DNA of 64,000 bases from Hemiscyllium ocellatum (Eukaryota), in NCBI RefSeq assembly GCF_020745735.1, contig NW_026867441.1, positions 1 to 64,000 on the forward strand, written 5' to 3'. The position numbers and the translations under genes were made by a program. How positions within the stretch are numbered: position 1 is the stretch's first letter; the number at the start of each line of letters is the position of its first letter. Under the pieces are notes generated by a model. That model was not told the origin of the DNA, searched no databases, and saw nothing but the letters and a program-made list of their open reading frames with translations. This document shows, piece by piece, positions 1 through 11,400 of the stretch.

Positions 1-1500
1 CCCCATGTGTTTTGAAGGAGATTGTTGAGGAGATTGTGGAGGCATTGGTGATGATCTTTCAGGAATCAATGGAGTCAGGGTGGTTTGGAGGTGGGGTGGG
101 GGATGGGGATATGGTGGGGCAAGGGACAGGAAAATGGCTCACATACCACCCCTGTTTAAGAATGGAGGGAGGTAGAAGATGGGACATTATAGGCCAGTTA
201 GCCTGGACTATTGTTGGTAAGGTTTTAGACTTCAATTTAAGGATAAAATTGCAGCGGACTTGGAAGTGCAATGAGAAAATAGGGCTGAGTCAACACGGCT
301 TCATCAAGGGGAGGTCCTGCCTGGCAAATCTGTTAGAATTTTTGAGGAGGCAATGAGCCAGTCAGACAAAGGAGAGTCCGAGGAAGTAATCTATTTGGAT
401 TTCCAGAAGGCATTTGACATAAGATAAGCGCCCACAGTGATCGGGCAATGTACTGGCATGGACTGAGGACTGGCAGGTAGGCATAAAGCAGACCGTGAGG
501 AACAATGGCCGCTGGTGACGAGTAGAGTTCTGCAGGTGTCAATGTTGGGACCATCACTATTCACGTTATACATGAACAATCTGGATGAAGGAAGTGAAGA
601 CATTGTTGCTACGTTTGCAGACAACATGAGATAGGTGGAGGGACAGGTAGTGTTGAGGAAGTGGGAAGGCTGTAAAAGATCCTGGATAGGCTCGGAGAGT
701 GGGCAAAGAAGTGGCAGATAGAATGCAATGTGTGACAGTGTGAGGGTGTGCACTTCGGTAGGAAGAAGAAATACAAAGACTGTTTGTTAAATGAGGAAAG
801 CCTTTGGAAATCTAAAGCACAAACCTCTTTCAGGGTTCTCTGAAGGTTAACAGGCAGGTCCAGTTTGTGCTTGGGAAAGCAAATGAAATATTAGCATTCA
901 TTTCAAAAGGGCCAGAATACAAGAGCAGAGATGTACTGCTGAGGCTGTGTAAGGCTCTAGTCAGACTGCATTTGGAATGTTGTGAACAGATTTGGGTCCC
1001 AAATTCTAAGAAACAATATGCTGGCATTGGAGGAGTTTACAAGAATGATCCTGGGGGTGAAGGGCTTGTCATATGAGGTGTGGTTGAGGACTCTGGGTCT
1101 GTACTCGCTGGAGTTGAGAAGGACGAGGAAGGATCTCATTGAAATTTACAGAATACTGATAGGCCTGGATAGAGTGGATGCAGAGAGGATGTTTCCAAAA
1201 ACAGGAGAGACTCGAGAACCAAGGCACAGCCTCAGAATGAAGGGCCAACCATTTAGAGTTGAGATGAGGAGGAATTTCTTCAGCCAGAGGTTGGCGAATC
1301 TGTGGAACACATTGTTACAGAGGGCAGTGGAGGCCAAGGCACTGAGTGTATTTAAGACAGAGATAATTAGGTTTGTGATTGTTAAGGGGATGGAACGTTC
1401 CTGTGGAGTAGGCAGGAGAATGGGGGTGAGTAGCATATCTGCCAAGATCAAATGGCAGAGCAGATTCAATGGGCTGAATGGCTGATTTCTGCTCCTATTT
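1..1500 (+). mobile_element. Decayed CR1-type LINE ORF2 (RT) and 3' end
   Basis: Peptides QHGFIKGRSCLANLLEF, VRLHLECCEQIW, LYSLELRR, RRNFFSQR; many stops and frameshifts. Confidence 0.88.
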
Positions 1501-1559
1501 CTTAAAGTCTTCTGGAGAGTTTCCCCAAAACCCTGGAACACTGAACCCACTGAACTGTG

Positions 1560-4300
1560 AGCCCTGCTGTAGCTGTTTGTCATCAGAACTTTGCCAAGAG
1601 ATAACCAAAGAGTGGAGAGAATGTGCTTCCATGTGGGAATTTCAGGATACTTTGCAGTTCCTGGAATGCCATGATTACAGGAAGTGTGGTCAGTGACAGC
1701 AGTTGGAACTCTGGATTTTGGAGCTTGAGCAGCAGCTGGTGTCAGTGCGGAGCGTCCGTGAGGCTGAGAACTCCATGGAGAGCACGTTTCTAGATGTGGT
1801 CATATGCAGCTTCAGAGTATGCAGGGAGAGAGGGAATGGGGGAGCAGCAGACAGTCCAAAAGGACCAGGCAGCTAGTGCAGGAATCCCCTGAGTGCATCC
1901 CACTCTCCAACCAGGATTCAGTTCAGAATCCTGATGAGAATGATGGTTAATCTGGGGAGTGCAGCCAGAGCCAAGTTCCTGGCACCACGGGGGGCTCAGC
2001 TGTACAGGGGGGCACAAGAAGACTGGAAGAGTGAGAGGAGAGGAGATTCAAGAGTGAGGGCAATCGATAGGTGTTTCTGCAGCTGCAGATGGGAATCCAG
2101 GATGGTGTGTTGTCTCCCTGGTGACAGAGTGAAGGATGTCACTGAGCGGCTGCAGAGCACCCTGAGGGGAGAGGGGGAACAGGCAGCAGTTGTGGTCCAC
2201 ATCGGTCCCACTGACAGTGGGAGGAAAGGGATGTGGTCCTCCAGTCAGAATTTAGGGAGCTTGGGAGGAAATTAGGAGCAGGAGCTAAAAGGTAGGAATC
2301 TTCAGATTCCTCCCATTATCCCATGCAAGTGAGAAGAGGAACAGGAGGGTAACACAGGTGACTGTGGAGCTGGAGAAAAGGTCCAGGAGGGAGGGCTTTA
2401 GATTTTTGGGACATTGAGAGTGGGTCTGGGGGAGATGGCACCTGGACAGACCTGACAGTGTTGCTCCTGAACAGAGCTGGGACTGAGTTCCTTTGTGGTG
2501 ATTTACTCGTGCTGTTGGAGAGGGTTTAAACTAACTTGGCAGGGCTGTGAGAGCCGGGGGGAATATCAGAGAGGAACACCAAGGTCCACAGAATTCTCAG
2601 TGCAGTCAATAAGTCACCACCCAGTGGGAAGGATGTGAAGGAATACAAATGCAAGGAATTTACAGAAACCTACAAATATGTTAGAGTCGTTATAAATTGG
2701 GGGAAGGGGTCTTTAATTTCTGAATATAGACAGGGGTAGTAGCAATGTAAAGGGCAGAGAGGGGCCAAAGGTGTGAGACTATGTTCAGGTGAATTTTCAG
2801 GTGGCATCGTGGCCAGTGAAAAAGGCTGTCTCAGAGTACATGGGATCTTGACCAACTGGGCCAGTGGGCTGAGGAATGGCAGATGGAGTTTAATTCAGAT
2901 AAATGTGAGTGCTGTATTTTGGTAAGACACAGGAGATGGGTGAGATCCTCAACAAATATTTCAGGTCAGTATTTATTGTGGAGAATGACATGAATGCAAG
3001 GGAATTTGGAAAATATAGCGCTGCTTTCAAAAAGTCCACAATACAAATGAGGAGATGCAAAAGGTCTTTAAACATATAAAGGTACGTAAATCCCTAGGAT
3101 CTGATCAGGTGTATCCCAGAACATTGTGGGAACTAGGGAAGAGATTGCTGGGCCCCTTGCTGAGATATGTTTATCATCGACAACTACAGGTAAGGTGTTG
3201 GAGAACCAGAGAGGTTGGCTACTGTTGTATCATTATTTCAGAATGGCTATAAGGAAAAGCCAGGGAACTATAGACCAGTGAGCATGATGTCAGTGCTGGG
3301 TAAGATGTTGGAGTGGATTCTGAGGGATAGGATTTCCTTCCATTTGGATAATCAATGTGGTTTTGTGCATTGGAAATTGTGTCTCCATTATTTAATTGAG
3401 GAGGTGACAAAGAAGATTGATGAAGGCAGAACAGTAGACAGTGTCTGTATGGACTTCAGTAAAGTATTTGACAAGGTTCCACATGATAGACTGGTTCGTA
3501 AGGTTAGACCACATGGGATCCAGGGGAAGCTAGCCATTTGGGTAAAAACATTAGCTTGAAAATATGAGAGAGGGAGTGGTGGTAAAGGGTTGATTTTCAG
3601 ATTGGAGAGCTGTGAATAGCTGTGTGCCGCAAGGAGTGGTGCTGGGTCCACTGCTTTTGGTCATTTAAATAAATGATTTCACTGTGAATATAGGAGTTAA
3701 CATAAGTTTGTAAATGACATCAAAATTGGTGGGACAGTGGATATTGAAGAAGATTATCTCAGGGTACAGTGGGACCTTGATCAGATGGGGCAATGGGCAG
3801 AGATGTGGCAAATGGAGTTCAGTTTAGATAAATGTGAGCTGTTGCATTCTGGAAAGGCAAACCAGGGCAGGACTTATACAGTTAATGGGAGGGCCCTGTG
3901 GAGTGTTGCTGAACAAATTGACTGAGGGGTGAGGGGTGAGGTGTGAGGGTGAGGTGTGAGGGGTGAAGGTGAAGGTAAGGGTAAGCTGCATTATTCCTTA
4001 AAACTGGATCACAGGGAGACAGGGCGATGAAGAAGGTTTTGGGAACGTTTACCTTTATTGGTCACTGTGTTGAGTATCGGAGTTGGGACATCATGTTGCA
4101 GCTGTACAGGAGATTGGTGAGGCCATTTTGGGAATAATGTGAACAATTCTGATCTTTCTGTGATAGGAAGGATGTTGTTAAACTTTTAAAAGGTGCAGAA
4201 AGAGATTTACAAAGATTTTGCTAGGACTTGAAGGGTTTGAATGATAGGGAGAGGATAAATAAACTGGTGCAATTTTTCCTGCAGCATTGGAGGCTGAGAA
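1560..4300 (+). mobile_element. CR1 ORF1 (esterase-like) and ORF2 fragments
   Basis: MVCCLPGDRVKDV...AAVVVHIG (SGNH-like ORF1); KPGNYRPVS, MDFSKVFDKVPH (RT). Confidence 0.85.
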
Positions 4301-4898
4301 ATTTATAAAATCATGAGGGACATAGATAATGTGACTAATTGAGGAAGCATGTGAATATTTTGGATAGATGACAAATTATATTCCCAAAGGTCATTCCAGG
4401 GATGAGGAACATAAGTTATGAAGTTTGATTGGAGAATTTGGGACTGTCTTCTTTGGAGAAGGCTGGAAGGAGATTTGTTCGAGGAATTCAAAATCAGGAG
4501 GGGCCTGAACAGAATAAATAGGGAGAAAATGTTCCCAATTGAGAAAGGATTGAGACCGAGAGAACACAGATTGAAAGTAATTGGTAAAAGTAACAAAAGA
4601 AGAGGAAAAACATTTTCAGCCAGTGGGTGGTTAAGGTGTGGAATGCACTGCCTGAGAGTGTGGTGGAGGCAGCTTCAACTGAAACATTTTGAAGGGAATG
4701 AGACTGTTATTTGAAAAGGAACAATGTGCAGGGTGACAGGGAGAAGGCAGGAGAATGACCCTCAGTGAATTGCGCATTCAGAGAACCAGTACAGACAGGA
4801 TGGCTGGAATGGCCTCCTTGTGCACTGTAACAATTCTGTGATTGTGTGATTGAGCAGAGTTAAAGCTGGGGGAGGTGGGAGCTCGGTGTCTCACTGTG

Positions 4899-4916
4899 CT
4901 GCTGCTGCTGCTGCTG
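4899..4916 (+). repeat. (CTG)6 microsatellite downstream of J1
   Basis: Direct count. Paralog of the (CAG)14 at 59527. Confidence 0.9.
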
Positions 4917-5290
4917 AGGTCAGTGAGATCAGAGACTGGGACAGGGAGCCAGAGCTCACATCAAACTCTGTCCCGTGTCCGTCACACTGAGACTGGCAGG
5001 AGGCTACTCACTGATTTCACTCCATGCTGCAGGAATGGGACCACAGGCTGCAAATGGACAGAGCTCCTCCACACGGTGAGTAAAACTTACTGACTTATAT
5101 CTTGCTTTTTAAAGGGGGCAATGGACATATAAAAATACAGCTGGACACATTATTAGACACAGTGCTCCTCAATCAACTATTTCATTCACTGCAGCTCCCG
5201 ACTAACACCTTCAACAATTTAGCATTTGTGTTTTAGAAGTTGTGTTTCAGTATTGACAGGGTTAATAACAGAGGATTGAGGTTTACTTAC

Positions 5291-5325
5291 TCAGTCTGAG
5301 CTTGGTTCCTTTACCGAACGTAAGC
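5291..5325 (-). CDS. IGKJ: Ig light chain J segment, unit 1 (LTFGKGTKLRL-S)
   Basis: G CTT ACG TTC GGT AAA GGA ACC AAG CTC AGA CTG A, then GTAAGT donor (5290-5285). FGxG motif. Confidence 0.95.
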
Positions 5326-5364
5326 CACAGTGAGAGCTCCCAGTGCAGAGGCTGTACAAAAACC
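5326..5364 (-). other. J1 23-bp-spacer RSS, consensus heptamer and nonamer
   Basis: Plus strand reads CACAGTG (5326-5332), 23 nt, ACAAAAACC (5356-5364), abutting the J1 coding start. Confidence 0.95.
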
Positions 5365-5769
5365 TCAGCTCTCTGCTTCCCTCTGTGACTTTCAACCTCT
5401 CCCTGTCTCTCCCTCATTTATGTCTTTCTTCCTCTCTCTTTCTCTCATTCTGTTTCTCTCTCTGAGATGTGTCCAGCTGGACTCGCGAAGTCTATTAAAT
5501 TTATTTTTTGATGTTAACTCATGCAGCCATTCTTCACACGTGGCCATGGAGTGGAAGAGGGAAACTTGAAGCCTTCAGTGAATGGTGGACACCACAGGAA
5601 CTGGAGTGTGTAGGGGACAGTGACAATTCTGGCACGGGGTAATTTGTTCAGTTTCATTTGTATATCACTGTGTTGGTATCAGTGACAGAGGTAGGGCTGT
5701 GTCTCTATTATTATTTATAACATATAATTGTGAATGTGTCAGTACAGGAGGTGGTGCTGTGTGTATTGA

Positions 5770-5795
5770 GGTTTTTGTACGGCTCTATCACTGTG
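5770..5795 (-). other. V1 recombination signal sequence with abnormal 10-bp spacer
   Basis: Minus strand: CACAGTG (5795-5789), spacer ATAGAGCCGT (10 nt, 5788-5779), nonamer ACAAAAACC (5778-5770). Confidence 0.93.
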
Positions 5796-6092
5796 AAGAC
5801 CAGCTGCTATACTGCTGACAGTAATAGTCAGCGACATCCTCATTCTGAACGTTGCTGATTGTCAGGGTGAAACTGGTCCCTGATCCACTGCCGGTGAATC
5901 GATCGGAGATTCCTGTGAATCGAGTTGCTGCATTATAGATCAGGAGAGAGGGTTTCTGACCTTCTCTCTGCTGGTACCAAGCAAGGTTGCTGCTGATGCT
6001 TTGACTGGCCGTACAGGTGATGGTTGCGGTCTGGCCCCGTCCCACTGACAGCACCGGGGGAGACTGGGTCATGATGATGGCCCCACTGATAC
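5796..6092 (-). CDS. IGKV: Ig kappa-type (NS4-like) V exon, unit 1, unrearranged, open frame
   Basis: Translation [99 protein letters not shown]. Conserved Cys, Trp and YYC; followed directly by a heptamer. Confidence 0.95.
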
Positions 6093-6277
6093 CTGAGGGG
6101 TCAGAGAGAATCACAGTGAAGTCAGAACTGTCACAGAAAGAGCCTGTCAAATGAGAGATTGTTGGAGACTCTGAGCATTCCTCTGGTTTCAGCATTTTCC
6201 CTTCAATCACAAGTCAGTGGAATTGGAGTGAAATGGAGAGCAGCTAAAGATCAAGGTGGAAGGAGAGAGATTTGTAC

Positions 6278-6326
6278 CTGCGACACAGAATGCCAGGGGC
6301 CAGATCAGCTGGATGTGTGAAATCAT
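6278..6326 (-). CDS. IGKV: Ig kappa-type light chain leader exon, unit 1 (MISHIQLIWPLAFCVA-G)
   Basis: ATG at 6326-6324, 16 hydrophobic codons plus one base, then GT donor (6277-6276). Phase-1 intron 6093-6277 ends in cccctcAG. Identical to the unit 2 leader. Confidence 0.93.
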
Positions 6327-6386
6327 GGTGTGTGCTCCTGTCCCTGTGCCTGGTTCCTGATAAACTCTCCCTTCACTGGGCTCTGC

Positions 6387-6482
6387 TTTATAAAGCTGCA
6401 GCCTGTGAGAGTCTGACTGGGTGTTCCTCAGTATGTAAATGGCATCAGGCAGAGAGAGCCACGTCAGCCCCTCACACTTCCT
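6387..6482 (-). promoter_or_regulatory. V1 promoter: ETS site, CRE-like site, variant octamer, TATA
   Basis: Sense strand: AGGAAGTG (6482-6475), TGACGTGG (6466-6459), ATTTACAT (6440-6433), TTTATAAA (6394-6387), about 60 nt before the ATG. Motif function is inferred. Confidence 0.75.
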
Positions 6483-7464
6483 CTTCGCTCTCTCTGTCTC
6501 CGCCATTCTCCCTCTCTGTCTGTCTATCCTAGAGAGATATTGATGTGAACTGCGCTGAATTAGACCATTTGGCCCATTGTGTCTGTGCTGGACAACAAAG
6601 AGCTTGACAAACTAATCCCATTTTCCCGCTCTTGGTCCATAGGCCTGGAAGCTACAGCAACACAAATGTATATCTAAACATTGCTGCAATGTCACGAGAG
6701 TTTGTGACTCAAACAGCCTTTCAGGCAGTGAGTTCCAGACTCCCAGCACCCTCTGGGTGAAAACATTTCTCCTCAACTCACCTCTCACTCTCTAAGTCGA
6801 CTGGGCCTGAACTCACTTGAGTTCAGAAGGATTAGAGTGAATCAGATTGAAATGTATAAATTTCTAACAGGGCTGGGCAGGGAGGAGGTTTCCCCTGGTT
6901 GGGAATTCTGGAACCGGGGACCCAGTCTTGGGGGATACAAAGTTGACCATTTAGGACTGAGATGAGGAAACATTTCTTCACTCAGAGGGTAGTCAACCTG
7001 TTGAACTCTGTACCTACGATCCTGACAGCTATGGAGGAAAGAGAATTGAATATATTCAAGATTATTGTTTTGCCTTTTCACAGCATGAATGGAATGGGGA
7101 ATAAGCAGGAATATGACTTTGAGATGGAGGATCAGCCATGATCATACTGAATGACAGAGCAGACACAAAGGGCTGAGTGGGCTACTCCTGTTTCTGTGTT
7201 TCCGTGTCTGTATTACCCTCAGTTTCTGACACCTTTATCCGTGTAAAAAGTGTCTTCCTGTCGAATCTATCTGTGACCCTCATAATCTTACAGCCCTCTG
7301 TCAGGTTTCCTCTCAACCTTCACTGCTCCAAGGAAAACAACCCCAGTCTTTCCAATCTTTCCTCATCACTCAGACACTACAGCCCAGGCAGCATCCTGGG
7401 AAATCTCTGCACCCTTCCGAATACAATCACTTCCTTCCCACAATGTGGTGACCAGATCCTGTCT

Positions 7465-7980
7465 CTGTCTCTTTATCACTTTCTCTCTTTATCACTCTCT
7501 CTCTCTTCCCATTCTGTCTCACATCTGCCAACTCTTTCTCTCTATCTCTCTCTTTGGCACTCTTAATCTCTCCCATTCTCTCTCTCTCTCTCGCACTCTG
7601 TCCCATCATCATTCTCTTCAACTCACTCACACTTTCTCACTCTGTCTCATAATCTCTATTTCTCCATCTCTCACTGTTTCCCTCACTTCCTCCCTTTCTT
7701 GTTTCTTATCTATTCCTTCTTCTTTCTCCATCCTTCCTCTCCACCTACCTGGTCTCTCTCTCTCTCTCTCTCTCCGTCCCTCTTAGTCACACTATCTCAC
7801 ACCCTATTTCTTTCCCCATTTCCCTCAACCTCACCATCTCTACTTCCATGTGCATCTCTCTCGCTCCCTCTACACATCTCACACTATCGCAGACACACCT
7901 CCCTCTCTCTCTCTCTCTCTCAGACACACTCTCCCTTCAGCTATCATTCTGCCTATCTTCCCTCTCTTTCCCACAGTATC
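7465..7980 (+). repeat. TC-rich simple repeat/low-complexity tract (upstream module A)
   Basis: (TC)n-rich. Mirrored by GA-rich tracts at about 37115-37500 and 55680-55985. Confidence 0.9.
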
Positions 7981-8041
7981 CCAGGTGGTGACAGTTAATT
8001 GCAGGGCAAATCTCCCTCTGCTCTATCCCACTAATGGATGT

Positions 8042-8345
8042 TCGACTGGGACAACACTACTATTATAGGACAAGCCAAACAGAGAACAGCCAGGGAATTC
8101 CTAGAGGCATGGCACTCATCCACAGATTCAATCAATATGCACATCGACCTGGACCCAATATACCGGCCACTGCATTAGACAGCTGGAACTGACAACCGGA
8201 AGCAGCAGAGACAAATCACTATAAATGCCGGAGGAAACATCACAGAAGCGCTTCACAGGAGGCTCCCAAGCACTGAGGATGTCACCTAGACAGGGGATGA
8301 AACGTCTGCAACACAAATTCCCAGCTCGGCGAACAGAACTACAAC
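8042..8345 (+). mobile_element. 5'-truncated Penelope-like element with 9-bp TSD
   Basis: Matches the 3' part of the GIY-YIG element at 30538-31305. AATGGATGT at 8033-8041 and 8346-8354. Confidence 0.85.
8270..8309 (+). ncRNA. Minimal type I hammerhead ribozyme motif in a Penelope terminus
   Basis: GCA-CTGAGGA-T-GTCACC-TAGACA-GGGGAT-GAAAC-GTC-TGC. Helix II has one mismatch and one wobble. Confidence 0.6.
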
Positions 8346-8760
8346 AATGGATGTAAACCCTTAACCTCAGAAGCATGTCTTATCCTGGACTAAGGCCTCA
8401 TTTCCCACATTGACCAGGCATTAGCCTGTCTCAAGATGATGGACAGATTCTTGTTAAATGAAGACAGTTCTGTGCCGTTGGCCTATTCTCATGGGGACTG
8501 GTTTGGACACAAACCTCATTCCATGAAGATCCAGCAGAGAGAGGAGATCCTCAGGCCATCAGTGTGAGCTGGGGGGACAGGACAGGCTCTGACACACTGA
8601 CCCATCCTGTCCATCCACAACATGTTCCAATCCTTCCCCTCTCCTTCCCCTTCCACAGTCAGGCTCTGGGTCAGGGTGTTTTACTGGGATGAGGTCAGGA
8701 CCATCACACAATTACAACAGAAAGAAACTGAGTCCCACACCCACCATGATGTCCATGACC

Positions 8761-9111
8761 CACTGGACTCTCTAATGGAGACCAGCAAACAAAGGCCTCC
8801 TTCCCACTGGATGTCCAGCAGAGACCAGTATATATGGATCTTTATACCACTGGATCATCCAATACATATCAGTAAACATGGACCTCCATTACACTGGGCC
8901 CTTCAATAGACACCAGTAATCACAGGCCCCCAGCCCACTGGATCATCCAATAAACTCCAGTAAACATGGGTCACCATCTCACAAGACACTTCAGTAGAGA
9001 CCAGTAAACTAGGGCCTTCTTTACCCTGAACCTTACAATAGAGACCAGTAGGCATGCATCCTGTTCCCACTGATCCTCCAATAGAGACCAGTAAACATGG
9101 GCTTCCATGCC
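8761..9111 (+). repeat. About 44-bp degenerate minisatellite, about 8 units
   Basis: Units like CACTGGATCATCCAATAGAGACCAGTAAACATGGGCCTCCTTCC recur every 43-44 nt. Inverted paralogs at about 35040-35170, 36445-36620 and 53290-53470. Confidence 0.8.
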
Positions 9112-9769
9112 ACTGCACCCTTCAGTATCTGAGCTTCAAACCGCACATCCTCTCCATCACGTCGGCCTCTTTTCTATCTCCACAACGTTGTCTCTCTGCA
9201 CTATGTCAGCCCCTTGACCACAGAAACCCTTATTCCTGTTCATCCCACCTCCTAACTCCATAATCCTGATGTCCTCTCCCACCTTCCTTCCACCCGCTCC
9301 ATAAAGCCCAACTGTCTGAAATGGAGTGGTCATTTCGCGGTCTTACACCAAGATGGAAATGGACAGACATTTAACGACTAATGGGTTAAAGGATGATGGA
9401 GAGTGAGCAGGAAAGTGGAGTTGAGTCTGAGATGGGATCAGCCATGATTGTATTAAATGGTGGAGTGGGCTCGAGGGGCTGAATTGCCTGCTCCTGCTCC
9501 TAGTTCTTAAGTTCATCCACCCCCTCCCCCATCCCTCTTACTGCAACTTTGTGAACATTCTTGGAATGTTTTGGATATTGAAGGTGCGATGCGAATTCAA
9601 CATTTGTGTTGAGTTAATGTGGGGACAGAATTGTGCAGAGGCTGTGAAAGCCCCTGTGGTTGAATATCCTGCTGGCAGGCTTCAGCCTTCCACATACAGA
9701 ATGGGAAAGTCGGGGAGGTCAGAATGTGATGTTTGGATCCTTGGCACTGCCCCCCAGCAATGTGGTTGA

Positions 9770-11400
9770 CTCTCTATTGCCCTGTGAAATGGCCCAGCAA
9801 GGCTCTCAGTTGTACCAATTGTGACGACCTCTCAACAAAGAAATGAAACCGGACGGACGACAGGCATCGATGCAGAGACAGTAAAGGTATTGACATACCT
9901 GCTCCATCCTCCTTACTGACATCTGGGGGAAAGTGCCAAATTCAGGAGAGCTGTCTCACAGACTAGTCAAGCAACCGTGGGCGTCACGGTGGCACAGTGG
10001 TTAGCACTGCTGCCTCACAGCGCCTGAGACCCGGGTTCAATTACCGACTCAGGCGACTGACTGTGTGGAGTTTGCATGTCCTCCCCGTGTCTGCGTGGGT
10101 TTCCTCCGGGTGGTCCGGTTTCCTCCCACAGTCCAAAGATGTGCGGGTCAGGTGAATTGGCTATGCTAAATTGCCCGTAGTGTTAGGTAAGGGGTAAATA
10201 TATGGGTGGGTTGCGCTTCGGCGGGTCGGTGTGGACTTGTTGGGCTGAAGGACCTGTTTCCACACTGTAAGTAATCTAATCTAATCTAAAACAGCTTGAC
10301 ACAGCCATACTCACAGCCAGGAGGGAGTTACACTGAGAGGCCTCAAAGTTGATTCCGGACCCCATGAAGTCTCATGACCCCAGCCTAAACATCCTGGTGA
10401 TTACAAGATATTTTGCTCCCTCGGCTGATGAATCAGTCTCTCCTCCATGTTGAACAGTACTTGGTGGAAGTTTGTTGGTGACAACACAGAATGTACTTTG
10501 GGTGGGGGTTTCAATGTCCACCACTGAGAGTGGCTCGGCAGCAGCATTACTGATCGAGCTGGTTGGTTCTTTTTGGACGTAGCTGAGGGACTGGCTCTGC
10601 AGCTGGTGGTGAAGGAACCAAACAGATGGAAAAACGTACTTGACCCCATCCTCACCAATCTTGTGGCTGTAGATGCATCTGTCCTTGACAGTATTGGTAA
10701 GAGTGACCATAACACAGTCCTTGTAGAAACAAAGTTTGAGCTTCACATTGAGAATACCCTCCATTTTGGTGTGTGGTATTATCACCGTGCTAAAAAGGAC
10801 AGACTCCAAACAGATATTGCAACTCAAGGCAATGATCATGAATGGGGAGCATTGCCAATGAGTGCACAATCTGAACATCTCATATACTGAAACAGTCCAT
10901 GTTCGAATGCAGCAATATCTGTACAATATCCAATTTTATCTGAGAAGCAATATTTCCATTGGTGCCTTGCAAATACCAGCAAATGACCATCACCAATAAT
11001 AGACAATCTAACCATCGTCACTTGACAGCGAATCCTATTACCATCACTGAATCCCCACTATCAACATTCATAGAATAATGGTGTCACAGAGTCATGCAGT
11101 ACAGAAACAAACCCTTAAGCCAAACTTCTATATTCTGACCAGGTTTTCTGAAGTGAACTACTCTCATTTGCCTGCATTTGGCCCATATCCCTCGAATCCA
11201 TTCCTGTCTATGTCTATCATATCCTATGTCATTCTTATCCACTCAGAAAGCTTGATACCATCCAGAGCCAAGCAGCCTCCTTGATTGGCATCACATCCAC
11301 AAAGCATCCACTCCCACCACTGCTCCATAGCAGCAGCATGTATTATTGATAAGATGCTCAGCAGAAACCCACCAAAGATCCTCAGATAGCACCTTCCAAA
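9770..11400 (+). mobile_element. Decayed APE-type LINE of uncertain clade, interrupted by a SINE
   Basis: LDPILTNL...SDHNTVLV endonuclease end. Related pieces at about 11580-11890 (-), 33290-33750 (+) and 40940-41710 (+, LATIYKAQVR..EYSPLAW). Confidence 0.65.
9979..10288 (+). mobile_element. tRNA-derived SINE (HE1/V-SINE-like), full length
   Basis: A/B-box-like head GGTGGCACAGTGGTTAGC...GGGTTCAATT, central GTGTCTGCGTGGGTTTCCTCCGGG domain, (TAATC)n tail. Multiple copies in the window. Confidence 0.9.

Larger units (their letters stand above)
1000..6482 (-). repeat. Left arm of an inverted segmental duplication (partner about 57903-64000)
   Basis: Same order of parts in mirror image: promoter, L, V, J, CAG block, CR1 3' piece (about 4350-4850 vs 59600-60080), CR1 ORF1 piece (about 1560-2520 vs 62480-63440). 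Outer boundary approximate. Confidence 0.85.

Noticed and set aside
3925-3990. GAGGGGT/GAGGTGT short tandem run resembling a switch-like repeat
   Set aside because: About 60-bp slippage tract inside a CR1 fragment; too short and not mirrored in unit 2.
5291-6092. Germline-joined VJ, as occurs in some shark light-chain genes
   Set aside because: Both units keep separate V and J with intervening RSSs.
8761-9111. CRISPR-like array
   Set aside because: Contiguous degenerate tandem units without unique spacers, in a vertebrate context.
9993-10001. CACAGTG heptamers in SINE heads as cryptic RSSs
   Set aside because: Part of the SINE consensus (GCACAGTGGTTAGC), with no nonamer at 12 or 23 nt. It also shows heptamers are common background here.
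9979-10060. tRNA genes
   Set aside because: tRNA-like A/B boxes are SINE heads continuing into SINE body and tail; no cloverleaf.
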